Source of the DNA: Candidatus Latescibacterota bacterium
GTDB lineage: Bacteria; Latescibacterota; UBA2968; UBA8231
Length of the DNA: 64,000 nt
Assembly (NCBI GenBank): GCA_965217585.1
Contig: OZ244561.1
Coordinates: 6,048,001 to 6,112,000 of the forward strand
Reading direction: 5' to 3'
The position numbers and the translations under genes are program-made. Under the pieces are notes generated by a model. It saw nothing but the letters and a program-made list of their open reading frames with translations, searched no databases and was not told where the DNA came from. Position 1 is the stretch's first letter. Each line of letters starts with the position of its first letter. Positions 55,056-64,000 of this stretch are shown here, one piece after another.

Positions 55056-56036
55056 TCATTCGCTGTACACCGCCTCGATCAGGCCTCTCATGTAGCCAAT
55101 GGCGTAGAGACGCTCCATCGAGTGCACATCGACGAAGTCTTCGTAGGTTAGCTGCGGGAAATGGTCGGGGCGGGCGACCCCCTCGTACCCAGTGTCGCGA
55201 TAGGCCCTGACACAGGCCGCCATGTCGTGCTTGCCGTCGTCGTGGAAGGCCTCGTCGAACTTCTCCGGCGTGCCCCTGATGTCGCGGAAATGGACGAAGT
55301 GGATCTTCTGCTGCTCGCCGAAATGGCGAATGACACTCGGCAGGTCGTCGGTCATGAGGCCGAAGTTGCCCTGACAGAGGCCGATGCCGTTTGCCGGGCT
55401 GGGAACGAGATCGACCATCTTCTGGTAGTTCTCAACGCTGCTGATGATGCGGGCGATACCCTGTATCGGCGACAGGGGCGGGTCGTCGGGATGCATGGCG
55501 AGCTTGACGCCCGCCTCTTCGGCGACCGGGACAACGCGCTCGAGGAAGTATTTCAGGTTGTCCCACTGGTCCTCCTCGGTGACTTCGCCATGCTCGCCGG
55601 CGGGGTGGGTCTTGTTGAATTCCTCGAGGTCGAAGCCGGTCACCTTGGCACCGCCGCGCGTCGGGATTTCGGACGACGTGCGAATCACGAAGAGGGTCGG
55701 CATCCACGCAGGGCACCACACCGGGATGCCGACCGCCCCCATATTGCGGATGAACTCGCAGACGACGGCGATCTCTTCGTCGCGCCCCGGCTGGGCCAGC
55801 TTGATCTTTTCCATGGGTGGACGGCTTTCAATGACCGCTAGCTGATAGCCGTTTTTTTCGTACTGCGCCTTGAAACGGGCTAGGGACTGGCGGCTGAACG
55901 GCTGCGCTTCGTCGGCGATCGGTTTATCTGGTAGCGGCGCGAGGCCGAAGGTGCCGACGGCATGCTCGACGCCGCATTGGGTGCCGAAGGTCGATACGGC
56001 GCTGGCGTCTGGTCCGAGTGCCAAAGCGATTTTCAT
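55056..56036 (-). CDS. uxuA: Mannonate dehydratase family protein
   Basis: NLKYFLERVVPVAEEAGVKLAMHPDDPP, IHFVHFRD, EAFHDDG, RPDH. Confidence 0.88.
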   Translation of the reverse strand: MKIALALGPDASAVSTFGTQCGVEHAVGTFGLAPLPDKPIADEAQPFSRQSLARFKAQYEKNGYQLAVIESRPPMEKIKLAQPGRDEEIAVVCEFIRNMGAVGIPVWCPAWMPTLFVIRTSSEIPTRGGAKVTGFDLEEFNKTHPAGEHGEVTEEDQWDNLKYFLERVVPVAEEAGVKLAMHPDDPPLSPIQGIARIISSVENYQKMVDLVPSPANGIGLCQGNFGLMTDDLPSVIRHFGEQQKIHFVHFRDIRGTPEKFDEAFHDDGKHDMAACVRAYRDTGYEGVARPDHFPQLTYEDFVDVHSMERLYAIGYMRGLIEAVYSE

Positions 56037-56101
56037 AGCTCTTCCTTTCGTTCTGTTTCGAGGATAACGGCGATACTTCTCCGCGATACAGTAGCAAGGG
56101 T

Positions 56102-56130
56102 ATTATAGCGGGTGGCCCTTCCTCTTTCAA
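56102..56130 (-). promoter_or_regulatory. Sigma70 promoter of uxuA (duplicate of 46997-47025)
   Basis: Minus strand TTGAAA-17 bp-TATAAT. Confidence 0.7.
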
Positions 56131-56227
56131 GACGGCTTGCCACCGCCATCCCTAGGGGTATAGATTGACCAGAGCAGTTGCGTCCTCCATACCGCACACC
56201 TCAACGATACTCAGGAGCTTGTTATCC

Positions 56228-57268
56228 ATGACTGACCCGATCAAAGTCGCCGTGCTGGGCATGGCCCACGACCACTTGTGGGGCAACCTCAAGGAACTAG
56301 CCGATCAGGAAGGGGCCCTCCTCGTGGGCGGTGCCGACCCCAACCCCGTGCTCCAGGACCGCTTCCGCGAGCGCTCGGGCTGCGACCAAGTGTACGGCGA
56401 GTACGAAGCCCTGCTCGTCGCGCAAACCCCCGACGCAGTCTTCGTCTTTTCGGCCACCGCGCACCACGCCCCCATCGTCGAGCTGTGCGCGGAGCGGGGC
56501 ATTCACGTGATGGTCGAGAAACCTATGGCCGCCACCCTCGAACAGGCCGACCGCATGCTGACCGCGGCCCAGCGCCACCAGATCTGTCTGATGGTCAACT
56601 GGCCGACGGCTTGGTCGCGGCCTTTGCACACGGCTCACCGCTTGGTGCGGGAAGGGGCCATCGGGCAACTGTGGCAGCTCACTTGGCGCGGTGGCCACTG
56701 CGGCCCCGACGAGTTGGGCTGCTCCGACGAATTCTGCGGCTTCCTCTTCGATCCCCAGCTCAACGGGGCCGGGGCCTTCAACGACTACAGCGGGTACGGT
56801 GCCAGCCTATGCGTCCACTTTTTGGGCCAGCCGCACAGTGTCGTGGCCATGGCCGGCCGCTTGCTCAAGACCCATTTGCCAGTTGACGACAACGGCATTA
56901 TGGTGCTGCGCTACCCGCAGGCTCTGTGCCGCTTGGAAATGACTTGGACCGAAGCCGTGCCGCATGTACCACCCCATGACGTGGTGCTCTACGGAACGGA
57001 GGGGACTATCGTGGTGGGGAATCAGGTGACTGTGCACACCCGCCAGAATCGCGAGGGAACAGAGGTGGACCTCGACGAATTGTCCGTCTCCGAGCGCAAT
57101 GCCGCCACGCATTTTCTCCACTGCATCCGCTCGGGCCAGCCGCCCCAGGGCACGACCAATGCCACCCAATCGCGCCACGCCCAGGAGATTATGGAAGCCG
57201 GCCTGCAGGCGGCCACTTCGGGCATTGAAGTGAGCCTGCCCATCGAGGGCCATTTGTTCCGCGCATAA
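56228..57268 (+). CDS. Gfo/Idh/MocA family oxidoreductase
   Basis: KVAVLGMAHDH, HVMVEKPMA, GAGAFNDY; SD AGGAG before ATG 56228. Confidence 0.9.
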   Translation: MTDPIKVAVLGMAHDHLWGNLKELADQEGALLVGGADPNPVLQDRFRERSGCDQVYGEYEALLVAQTPDAVFVFSATAHHAPIVELCAERGIHVMVEKPMAATLEQADRMLTAAQRHQICLMVNWPTAWSRPLHTAHRLVREGAIGQLWQLTWRGGHCGPDELGCSDEFCGFLFDPQLNGAGAFNDYSGYGASLCVHFLGQPHSVVAMAGRLLKTHLPVDDNGIMVLRYPQALCRLEMTWTEAVPHVPPHDVVLYGTEGTIVVGNQVTVHTRQNREGTEVDLDELSVSERNAATHFLHCIRSGQPPQGTTNATQSRHAQEIMEAGLQAATSGIEVSLPIEGHLFRA

Positions 57269-57283
57269 TACGCAATCCGCTCA

Positions 57284-57994
57284 ATGCCTAACTCGACAGG
57301 AGACTACATGCCCTCTTCCCACTGGCGCAATATTCTGCACCACGACGACGAGCCCGACGAGGCCATGCAACGCATCGACGCCCAGGTCGCTCCGCTGGAG
57401 GAACTGCCCGATGCGGTGCGCCACATCCGCGCCCTGATCTCGCGCTTCGACTCGCTGACTCACTACTGCGCCTTTGACAACCTCGACCTGCTCGTCCGCG
57501 CCATCGGCGAGGGCACTTACCCGGGCCAGCCAGCCGTTGATGTGCTGACCCGAGCTTGGGAAATGGACGACCAGCGCCGGGGGCGAGCCAAGGCGTATGT
57601 GAAAACCCTGCAAGCCTGGTCCGAAGGCAAGTCTGTGGAAGAAGCTCAGCAGGTGGCGGGCGATTCGGAACTGTGCGCCGAGTTGTACCGCACTTTGGGT
57701 CCGCTCGAAGAGCACAAGGCTTGGTTGGTCGCCTCTTTAGCTCATACCCTCAAAGCCTTCGCCTATGAAGCCCAAGACTTGCTCGGCGAAGCGGCCGAGG
57801 CGGATTTCGTACGCGGGGTTTATCGCGCGGCGCTCGACCGCGACCCCTCGCACGACGACTTGCAAAACCGCTTGGCCGAACTGGCCGGTGGCAAAAGCCG
57901 GGACCATTTCATCCGCGAGGTCTTCGACTCGGCCGAAAGCCGCCAGCGCCAACAGTGGCAGGTGCTGGACAAGCTGCACACCGACGGAGAATGA
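57284..57994 (+). CDS. Hypothetical protein with C-terminal DUF4214-like domain
   Basis: FVRGVYRAALDRDPS...L.GGKSR..FIREVFDSAE. Confidence 0.65.
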   Translation: MPNSTGDYMPSSHWRNILHHDDEPDEAMQRIDAQVAPLEELPDAVRHIRALISRFDSLTHYCAFDNLDLLVRAIGEGTYPGQPAVDVLTRAWEMDDQRRGRAKAYVKTLQAWSEGKSVEEAQQVAGDSELCAELYRTLGPLEEHKAWLVASLAHTLKAFAYEAQDLLGEAAEADFVRGVYRAALDRDPSHDDLQNRLAELAGGKSRDHFIREVFDSAESRQRQQWQVLDKLHTDGE

Positions 57995-58008
57995 GAGGAG
58001 AGCCGAAC

Positions 58009-58917
58009 ATGGGCGTTTTCCCCGATGCGGCCCTGCGCCGGATAGCCGCGGCCTTTGACGGCCGCATGGGCTGGCATCTAGAAGATCTGGCCACTGGCCA
58101 AGTGCATCAGTATAGAGCCGACGAGCGCTTTCCCACGGCCTCGGTCATCAAAATTGCCGTATTGGTCGAGTTGTTCCATCAGGCCGAGGCAGGACGGCTG
58201 TCGCTGGACGACCGGCACCCGCTGCGGGGCGATATTTCAACGCACGGCTCGGGAGTGTTGCAAATCGCCCGCGACGAGCCCGAGTTGACCTTGCGCGACT
58301 ACGCCCGCCTGATGATGGGCATCAGCGACAATATTGCCACAGATTTCCTCATGGGACTGCTGGGGCTGGACCAGATCAACGCCACCCTCGACCGACTGGG
58401 CTGTGCCAATGTGCGGGCCGCCGCGACCATGGGCCGCTATCACTACCGCATGGTGGGGATGGACGAGATGCCCACCATGCGGGCCAACGATGCAGTATAC
58501 AGGGAGCGGGTCAGCACTCGGGGCATTGATTACGGCAGCGTATCCTTTGGGGATTCGCTGGAAAACAACGTGGCCGCCCCCGGCGAGTTGGCCTCTTTAT
58601 TGGCGGCTATATACCGCGGGCAGGTCGTCAGTGCGGCGGCCTCCAAAGCCATGATCGAGTTGCTCAAAACCGGCCGGGATACCCGCATGATCCGGCACTA
58701 TCTGCAGCCGGATGTGGTGGTGGCGCACAAGTACGGCTCTAGCGGCATCATCAAAGGGGATGCTGGCCTTGTGTTTTTGCCCAAAGGGCCCTTGGTCCTG
58801 GTGGCCTTTGCCCTGGCCCGCAGCGACGGGCCCGCCGCTGCCGAGGCCATTGCCCGGGTCGCCCGCTTGGCCGTGGAGGCGCTGGCCCCCGAGTGCGTGG
58901 TGGACAATAGCAGTTAG
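58009..58917 (+). CDS. Serine hydrolase, class A beta-lactamase-like fold
   Basis: FPTASVIK (SxxK), SDN, HKYG in place of KTG; no signal peptide. Confidence 0.85.
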   Translation: MGVFPDAALRRIAAAFDGRMGWHLEDLATGQVHQYRADERFPTASVIKIAVLVELFHQAEAGRLSLDDRHPLRGDISTHGSGVLQIARDEPELTLRDYARLMMGISDNIATDFLMGLLGLDQINATLDRLGCANVRAAATMGRYHYRMVGMDEMPTMRANDAVYRERVSTRGIDYGSVSFGDSLENNVAAPGELASLLAAIYRGQVVSAAASKAMIELLKTGRDTRMIRHYLQPDVVVAHKYGSSGIIKGDAGLVFLPKGPLVLVAFALARSDGPAAAEAIARVARLAVEALAPECVVDNSS

Positions 58918-58974
58918 TTTATCGAATAATGGGGGGCTACCCATGCGATTCAGTTTTCACATTAGGAGGGACTC

Positions 58975-59805
58975 GTGATCATCGACACGCATCTGCACGT
59001 GTGGAGCGACGACTCGGAGCGCTATCCCTTTGCCGAGGGGCGGACTCAGGTGGGCGGTGGATCCGTGGAATTGCTCAACCAGACTATGGACGAGGTCGGG
59101 GTCGACAAAGCGGTCATTGTGCAGCCGATTCACTATTTGTTCGACAACCGCTACGTGGCCGACTGTGTACGCCGCTTTCCGGGCCGCTTTGCTGCCATTG
59201 GCCTGGTCGACCCCAAGGCCCCGGACGCGCCCGACCGGCTAGAAGAGCTGGTGCGCCAGGACAGTTTTGGCGGCTTGCGCATTCACTCGTCGCGGCTCGA
59301 CCACCCCTCGGAATGGGCCGCCCCCGACCAAGACCCGCTGTGGCGGCGGTCGGAGGAGCTGGGCACTTGTTTTATTGTCCACGGCCCGGCGGCTAATCTG
59401 CCCCACTTGGAGCCCATCATCGGCCGCTTTCCCGAGGTGCCGGTAGTGCTGGACCACATCGGCGGGGCACCGACTAATGAGGAACCGCCCTTGCCGCTGT
59501 TGAGCCACGTTCTCGACCTGGCGCGCTTTCCCAAGGTGTACGTGAAATTCACTCCGCAGGCGCACAAGTCCGAGTTGCCCTTCCCGCACGCGGATACGTT
59601 TCCCACCTTCCGCCGCATCTACGACGCCTTTGGGCCGCAGCGGCTGATGTGGGGAACCAATTTCCCCGGCGTAATGAAAGGGGTGGGGTACGGGCCGGCC
59701 CTGGAGATGTTCCGCGACCACGTCGATTTTCTCACCGACGACGACAAGGCGTGGCTCTTTCACCGCACGGCTTTGCAGGTGTGGAGCTTTGCAGGAGCGG
59801 AGTAG
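58975..59805 (+). CDS. Amidohydrolase_2 family protein (lactonase-like)
   Basis: IIDTHLHVW, VLDHIG, FGPQRLMWGTNFP. Confidence 0.9.
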   Translation: MIIDTHLHVWSDDSERYPFAEGRTQVGGGSVELLNQTMDEVGVDKAVIVQPIHYLFDNRYVADCVRRFPGRFAAIGLVDPKAPDAPDRLEELVRQDSFGGLRIHSSRLDHPSEWAAPDQDPLWRRSEELGTCFIVHGPAANLPHLEPIIGRFPEVPVVLDHIGGAPTNEEPPLPLLSHVLDLARFPKVYVKFTPQAHKSELPFPHADTFPTFRRIYDAFGPQRLMWGTNFPGVMKGVGYGPALEMFRDHVDFLTDDDKAWLFHRTALQVWSFAGAE

Positions 59806-59962
59806 TGGCCAACTGAAGAACTTCTCGCTCCAAACGGTCAGTTCGGCACAAAGCCGACTCGGTAGCAGGGCACAGAGGCGGCCATTGCGCGTCGGTTCAA
59901 TCGGTTGGATATTGATCGGGCATACTCATCCGTTAAAAACGCTTTTAAGAGGAGGAAACCGT

Positions 59963-61267
59963 ATGAGAATGCGGATGCTCGGGCTGGCGGCGGCCCTGCT
60001 GCTGGCGGTACAAACGGTCGGTGCCGAAGACAAAAAGATTACCATCTGGTGGGCGCAATGGGATCCGGCCGCGGCGCTACAGGAGTTGGGCCACGAGTTC
60101 GCCCAAGAGACCGGGATTGCCGTCGAGGTGTACCAGATTCCCTGGCCCGCTTATCAGGATCAAGTCTTTCTCAATTTCGGCAACAAGCAGACCGACTTCG
60201 ACATCGTCGTGGGCGACAGCCAGTGGATCGGCCGCGGCGCGACCAAGGGGCTGTATCTGGAGTTGACCGATTGGCTGCCCGAGGCCGTTGATATGGGCGC
60301 GATCCATCCGCGCGCCGCGCGCTATTTGTGCGAATACCCGCCGGGCAGCAGCCGGTTTTTCGCCGCGCCCTGCCAGACGGATGCCATTGGCTTTGTCTAT
60401 CGCCGCGACTGGTTTACAGACCCCGCCGAGCAAGAGGCGTTTGCCGCTCGCTACGGCCGCCCACTCGCCGCGCCCGACACGTGGGAGGAGTTCCGCGACG
60501 TAGCCGAGTTTTTCCACCGCCCGGAGCAAAAGCGCTATGGCTGCTCATTGCTGACGGGCCGCGGCTACGACTCCATCGTCATGGGCTTTCAGCCCTTTCT
60601 CTGGGCTTGGGGCGGCGCTTGGGGCGACCCGCAGAGCCACAAGGTGCAGGGCCACCTCAACACCGAGGGGGCCGTGGCCGGGTTGGAGTTTTTCAAGTCC
60701 CTGTTGCAATTCACACCCGAAGGCGGCACGAATGCCGATTACTTCTTCAACCTAGAGGCTTTCTCCAACGGCTCTACGGCTATGGTCTTGGACTACTTTC
60801 CGTTCTATCCGGGGATCGTCGCCAGCATGGGCGACCAGGTCGGCTTCTTCAAGGTGCCGCGCCACGGCGACCAGCGCGTTATTTCGCTGGGCGGGCAGGG
60901 CTTTAGCATTTCGACCAAGACCACGCCGCAAAAGCAGGAATGGGCCAAGCAGTTTATTGCTTGGTTTTCCCAGACCTCTATTCAAGAGAAGTGGATAGCC
61001 TATCCCGGCTCGTTCACGGCCAATACTGAGTTGCTGGCGAGCGCGGAATTTGCCGCAGCCGCGCCGTACAACGCCGTGTTCGCCGCGTCGTTGGATCACT
61101 TGCAGGACTTTTGGAACGTGCCAGTGTACAATGAGCTGTTAGCCGCAGCCGTGCGCCACTTGGGCGCGGCCCTCGACGGGACGAGCGCGAGCGCAGATGC
61201 CCTCGACGCGCTGGCCGCTGAGCACGAGATGATCCTGATGGAAGCGGGCTTGCTAGAAATGGAATAG
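59963..61267 (+). CDS. Sugar ABC transporter substrate-binding protein
   Basis: SD GAGGAGG, signal peptide, YRRDWF, PDTWEEF. Confidence 0.9.
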   Translation: MRMRMLGLAAALLLAVQTVGAEDKKITIWWAQWDPAAALQELGHEFAQETGIAVEVYQIPWPAYQDQVFLNFGNKQTDFDIVVGDSQWIGRGATKGLYLELTDWLPEAVDMGAIHPRAARYLCEYPPGSSRFFAAPCQTDAIGFVYRRDWFTDPAEQEAFAARYGRPLAAPDTWEEFRDVAEFFHRPEQKRYGCSLLTGRGYDSIVMGFQPFLWAWGGAWGDPQSHKVQGHLNTEGAVAGLEFFKSLLQFTPEGGTNADYFFNLEAFSNGSTAMVLDYFPFYPGIVASMGDQVGFFKVPRHGDQRVISLGGQGFSISTKTTPQKQEWAKQFIAWFSQTSIQEKWIAYPGSFTANTELLASAEFAAAAPYNAVFAASLDHLQDFWNVPVYNELLAAAVRHLGAALDGTSASADALDALAAEHEMILMEAGLLEME

Positions 61268-61275
61268 GGGGCGGC

Positions 61276-62172
61276 GTGAGGGGTAGAACGGGCCGGCACC
61301 GCGACTGGACGCAGTATGCGTTTGTGGGACCGGCCCTCATTTTGCTCATTGGCGTGAATGTCTTCCCACTGCTGTACAGCATCGCGCTCAGCTTCACCAA
61401 TATGGACTTGGTCGGCGGGGCATGGAAGTTCGTGGGGGGATTCAACTACGCCGTGGCGTTCAAGTTTGCCCAATACGGTGCCGCGCTGCGGACGACCGCG
61501 CTTTTTGTGTGCGCGGCCGTGGCTGCGGAACTGGTCTTGGGCTTTGCCTTGGCGCTGGCGCTCAAAGATCGCTTCAGTGGCCGGGCGTTTGCGCTGACCG
61601 CGCTGCTGGTGCCGATGATGTTGCCGCAGGCCGTGATTGCGCTCTTTTGGAAGCTGGTGCTCAACGGGCACTACGGCATCCTCAACCAATGCCTCGGCGC
61701 GCTGGGGCTGGGCCAACCTCAGTGGATTACTGATCCCGACCTCAAGCTGCTGTCGATTTTGCTGGTTGACGTGTGGATGTGGACGCCGTTTATGATGCTG
61801 ATCGCATTGGCGGCGCTCAACGCCATCCCCGGCTATTTGTACGAGGCCGCGGCCATTGACCGGGCCTCGCGGTGGAAGGTCTTCCGCCGGATTACCCTGC
61901 CTTTGTGCGCGCCGCTTTTGGGGCTGGCCGTGTTGCTGAGGGCCACGGACGCGCTCAAGCAGTTCGATTTGGTCATGGCCATCACCGGCCCCAACGACCC
62001 TGCGACGCAAACGGTGAGCGCGCTACTCTATCAGGTGGTGTTCCGCGACGGCAAGGTGGGGTTGGGCGCGGCGTATTCGTACGTGGTGCTGGTGCTGGTG
62101 CTCGCGCTGGCCAGTGTGTTTGTGCGCTACATGAGCGGGGTGCAGCGGCGCGAGGAGGCCGGGGTACAGTGA
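61276..62172 (+). CDS. Sugar ABC transporter permease
   Basis: DVWMWTPF, YEAAAIDRA (EAA loop), TGP. Confidence 0.92.
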   Translation: MRGRTGRHRDWTQYAFVGPALILLIGVNVFPLLYSIALSFTNMDLVGGAWKFVGGFNYAVAFKFAQYGAALRTTALFVCAAVAAELVLGFALALALKDRFSGRAFALTALLVPMMLPQAVIALFWKLVLNGHYGILNQCLGALGLGQPQWITDPDLKLLSILLVDVWMWTPFMMLIALAALNAIPGYLYEAAAIDRASRWKVFRRITLPLCAPLLGLAVLLRATDALKQFDLVMAITGPNDPATQTVSALLYQVVFRDGKVGLGAAYSYVVLVLVLALASVFVRYMSGVQRREEAGVQ

Positions 62173-63032
62173 AAGCGCTGCGCATCGTCTTTGTCGGGGG
62201 CTACTTCTGCGCGGCCATGCTGCCGCTGTTATGGCTCTTGCTGACCTCGCTTAAGACGCGGGACGACAGCATTGCCGTGCATCCGAAGTTCGCGCCCACT
62301 TGGGCCAGTGAGGTCGCGGCTGACGGGATCTACTTCCGCGCCAATCTCGACGGCTACCGCCAACTGGCCGCGGTGTACGCCGGCGGGGATCACGCCTTTT
62401 TCCACTACTTGGGCAACAGCTTGATCATTGGCCTGCTCAGCACCTTGTGCTCGGTGCTGATCGGCACCTGCGCGGCCTATGGCTTTAGCCGCTTTGCCAT
62501 CCCCGGGGGGCGCGACTGGCTGTTCTTCATCCTCTCGACGCGCTTTTTGCCTCCCCTCGCCGTGGTCGTGCCGGTGTTGATGATGTATCGCGAATTTGAT
62601 CTCCAGAACAGCCACATGGGCTTGGTGCTGCTGTACACGGCGTTTAACATGTCGCTGGCCGTGTGGCTGATGAAGGGCTTTATCGACGAAATACCCACGG
62701 CGTACGAAGAAGCCGCGCTGGTGGCTGGCTATACCCGCTTCCAAGCCTTCTGCTTGGTCGTCCTGCCGCGAGCCGTGCCCGGGATGGCGGTAACTGCGGT
62801 GTTCTGCCTGATCTCAGCGTGGAACGAGTACGGGTTTGCCATGACGCTCAACAACCAGAAGGCCGTTACGGTGCCGGTTTACTTCGCTGGTTTGCAGGGC
62901 AATGTCTCGGGCTTGCCGTGGGCACAGATCAGCGCGGGGATGCTGATTTTTGTCGCGCCGATCATCGTCTTCACCGTCTTGGTGCGCAAGCATCTGTTGC
63001 GCGGCGTCACCTTTGGGACGATCAAGCGATGA
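62169..63032 (+). CDS. Sugar ABC transporter permease
   Basis: GTG start overlapping the upstream stop; EEAALVAG, AWNEY, LLRGVTFG. Confidence 0.92.
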   Translation: MKALRIVFVGGYFCAAMLPLLWLLLTSLKTRDDSIAVHPKFAPTWASEVAADGIYFRANLDGYRQLAAVYAGGDHAFFHYLGNSLIIGLLSTLCSVLIGTCAAYGFSRFAIPGGRDWLFFILSTRFLPPLAVVVPVLMMYREFDLQNSHMGLVLLYTAFNMSLAVWLMKGFIDEIPTAYEEAALVAGYTRFQAFCLVVLPRAVPGMAVTAVFCLISAWNEYGFAMTLNNQKAVTVPVYFAGLQGNVSGLPWAQISAGMLIFVAPIIVFTVLVRKHLLRGVTFGTIKR

Positions 63033-63193
63033 GCCGCTGGTTGGATCGCTGCGCCCTCGTGGGCATGGTCGCCGGCGTGGGGTTGATGCTGCAACCGTTC
63101 TGGGGGGTGGGGCTGAAGTATGGGTTTTTTGTCGCGATCGTCTGTACGCTGTTGCACGTTGTGACCTCGCGTCGGCAGATGGACGAGCCATGA
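63029..63193 (+). CDS. Small two-TM membrane protein within the ABC operon
   Basis: ATGA overlaps at both ends; MSRWLDRCALVGMVAGVGLMLQPFWGVGLKYGFFVAIVCTLLHVVTS. Confidence 0.7.
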   Translation: MSRWLDRCALVGMVAGVGLMLQPFWGVGLKYGFFVAIVCTLLHVVTSRRQMDEP

Positions 63194-64000
63194 GCTTTCT
63201 CGAGTGCCGGGATTTGGTCAAGACGTATGCCGACGGCACCTGTGCGGTGCGGGGCATTGACTTGCGCTGCGACGCGGGCGAGTTCGCCGTGCTGTTGGGG
63301 CCTTCTGGGTGCGGTAAGACGACTACGCTGCGGATGGTCGCGGGCCTTGAAAAGCCTACGGCCGGGCAGATCCTGCTGGCCGGCGCAGATATCACTAGTC
63401 GCTCGCCCGCCGAGCGGGACGTGGGGTTCGCGTTTCAGTTTTACGCGCTCTATCCGCACCTGAAGGTCGAGGACAACATCGGCTTTCCGCTGGAGAGCAT
63501 GGGGTTGAGCCGTCTGGAGCGCCGGCAGCGGGTGGCCGACATCGTCGAGCGGTTGGGGCTAGGTGCGTTGGTCGGGCGCTATCCCCGGCAGCTAGCGGGC
63601 GGCGATCAGCAGCGGGTGGCCTTGGCGCGGGCCATGGTGCGGCGGCCGCAGATCTACCTGATGGACGAGCCGTTGGGCACGCTCGACGCGGATTTGCGGC
63701 TGGAGATGCGGGAGATGATCCGCGCCCAGCAGCTCGACGCGGGGATCGCCACCTTGTATGTGACCCACGACCAAGGAGAGGCCATGAGCTTGGCCGATCA
63801 AGTAGTGGTCATGGACGAGGGCCAGATTCGCCAGAGCGGGGCCGCGGCCTTGGTGTACGACCAGCCAGCCGATCTGTTTGTGGCGCACTTTATTGGCAGT
63901 CCCAGTATGAATTTCATCACCGGGGAAGTCCGCGAGGATTGTTTTTCCGCGCCCGGCTTGGTTTGGCCACTGACCGAGCGGGTGCGGCCGGGGCCAGCGA
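63190..64000 (+). CDS. MalK-like sugar ABC ATP-binding protein (truncated by window end)
   Basis: MSFLECRDLVKTY..GPSGCGKT, YALYPHL, LAGGDQQRVALARA, LMDEP, YVTHDQ, FIGSP. Confidence 0.92.
   Translation, partial: MSFLECRDLVKTYADGTCAVRGIDLRCDAGEFAVLLGPSGCGKTTTLRMVAGLEKPTAGQILLAGADITSRSPAERDVGFAFQFYALYPHLKVEDNIGFPLESMGLSRLERRQRVADIVERLGLGALVGRYPRQLAGGDQQRVALARAMVRRPQIYLMDEPLGTLDADLRLEMREMIRAQQLDAGIATLYVTHDQGEAMSLADQVVVMDEGQIRQSGAAALVYDQPADLFVAHFIGSPSMNFITGEVREDCFSAPGLVWPLTERVRPGPA

Noticed and set aside
58009-58917. Possible antibiotic-resistance beta-lactamase
   Set aside because: No signal peptide, KTG replaced by KYG and no recognisable omega-loop ExxLN; better called a generic serine hydrolase

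Overview
A 64 kb, GC-rich, gene-dense bacterial window. Lineage markers (a DUF6785/DUF6784-type membrane protein, a FlgD-Ig-tailed large secreted protein, a C-terminal 'TTWGGLK' motif, many Gfo/Idh/MocA, sulfatase, PhyH and enolase-superfamily genes) suggest Latescibacterota/Poribacteria-like bacteria; this is inference. Most genes are catabolic or housekeeping (ilvD, a threonine synthase-like enzyme, uxuA, a sugar ABC importer). The strongest signal is an unannotated secreted protein family found three times (9120-9932, a truncated copy at 8780-9031, and 40496-41491), each time at the head of an ABC-2-type exporter operon. One operon is YtrA/GntR-controlled, with a visible operator over its promoter. 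The other adds TolC and an unusual hairpin+NEW3 adaptor-like protein. It lies inside a transposase-less ~8.3 kb segment bounded by terminal inverted repeats and a TTA duplication, which holds a 115-bp MITE and is itself nested in a 14-bp direct repeat. Other points of interest: a DUF262+HEPN pair (probable defence), an orphan SPPY methyltransferase, a TPR/coiled-coil/tandem sugar-binding protein beside a two-component system with a toxin-antitoxin pair between them, a PL2-like enzyme with a circularly permuted discoidin insert, and a duplicated 27-bp promoter. No rRNA, tRNA or CRISPR array was seen. All family calls come from motif recognition by eye, not database searches.
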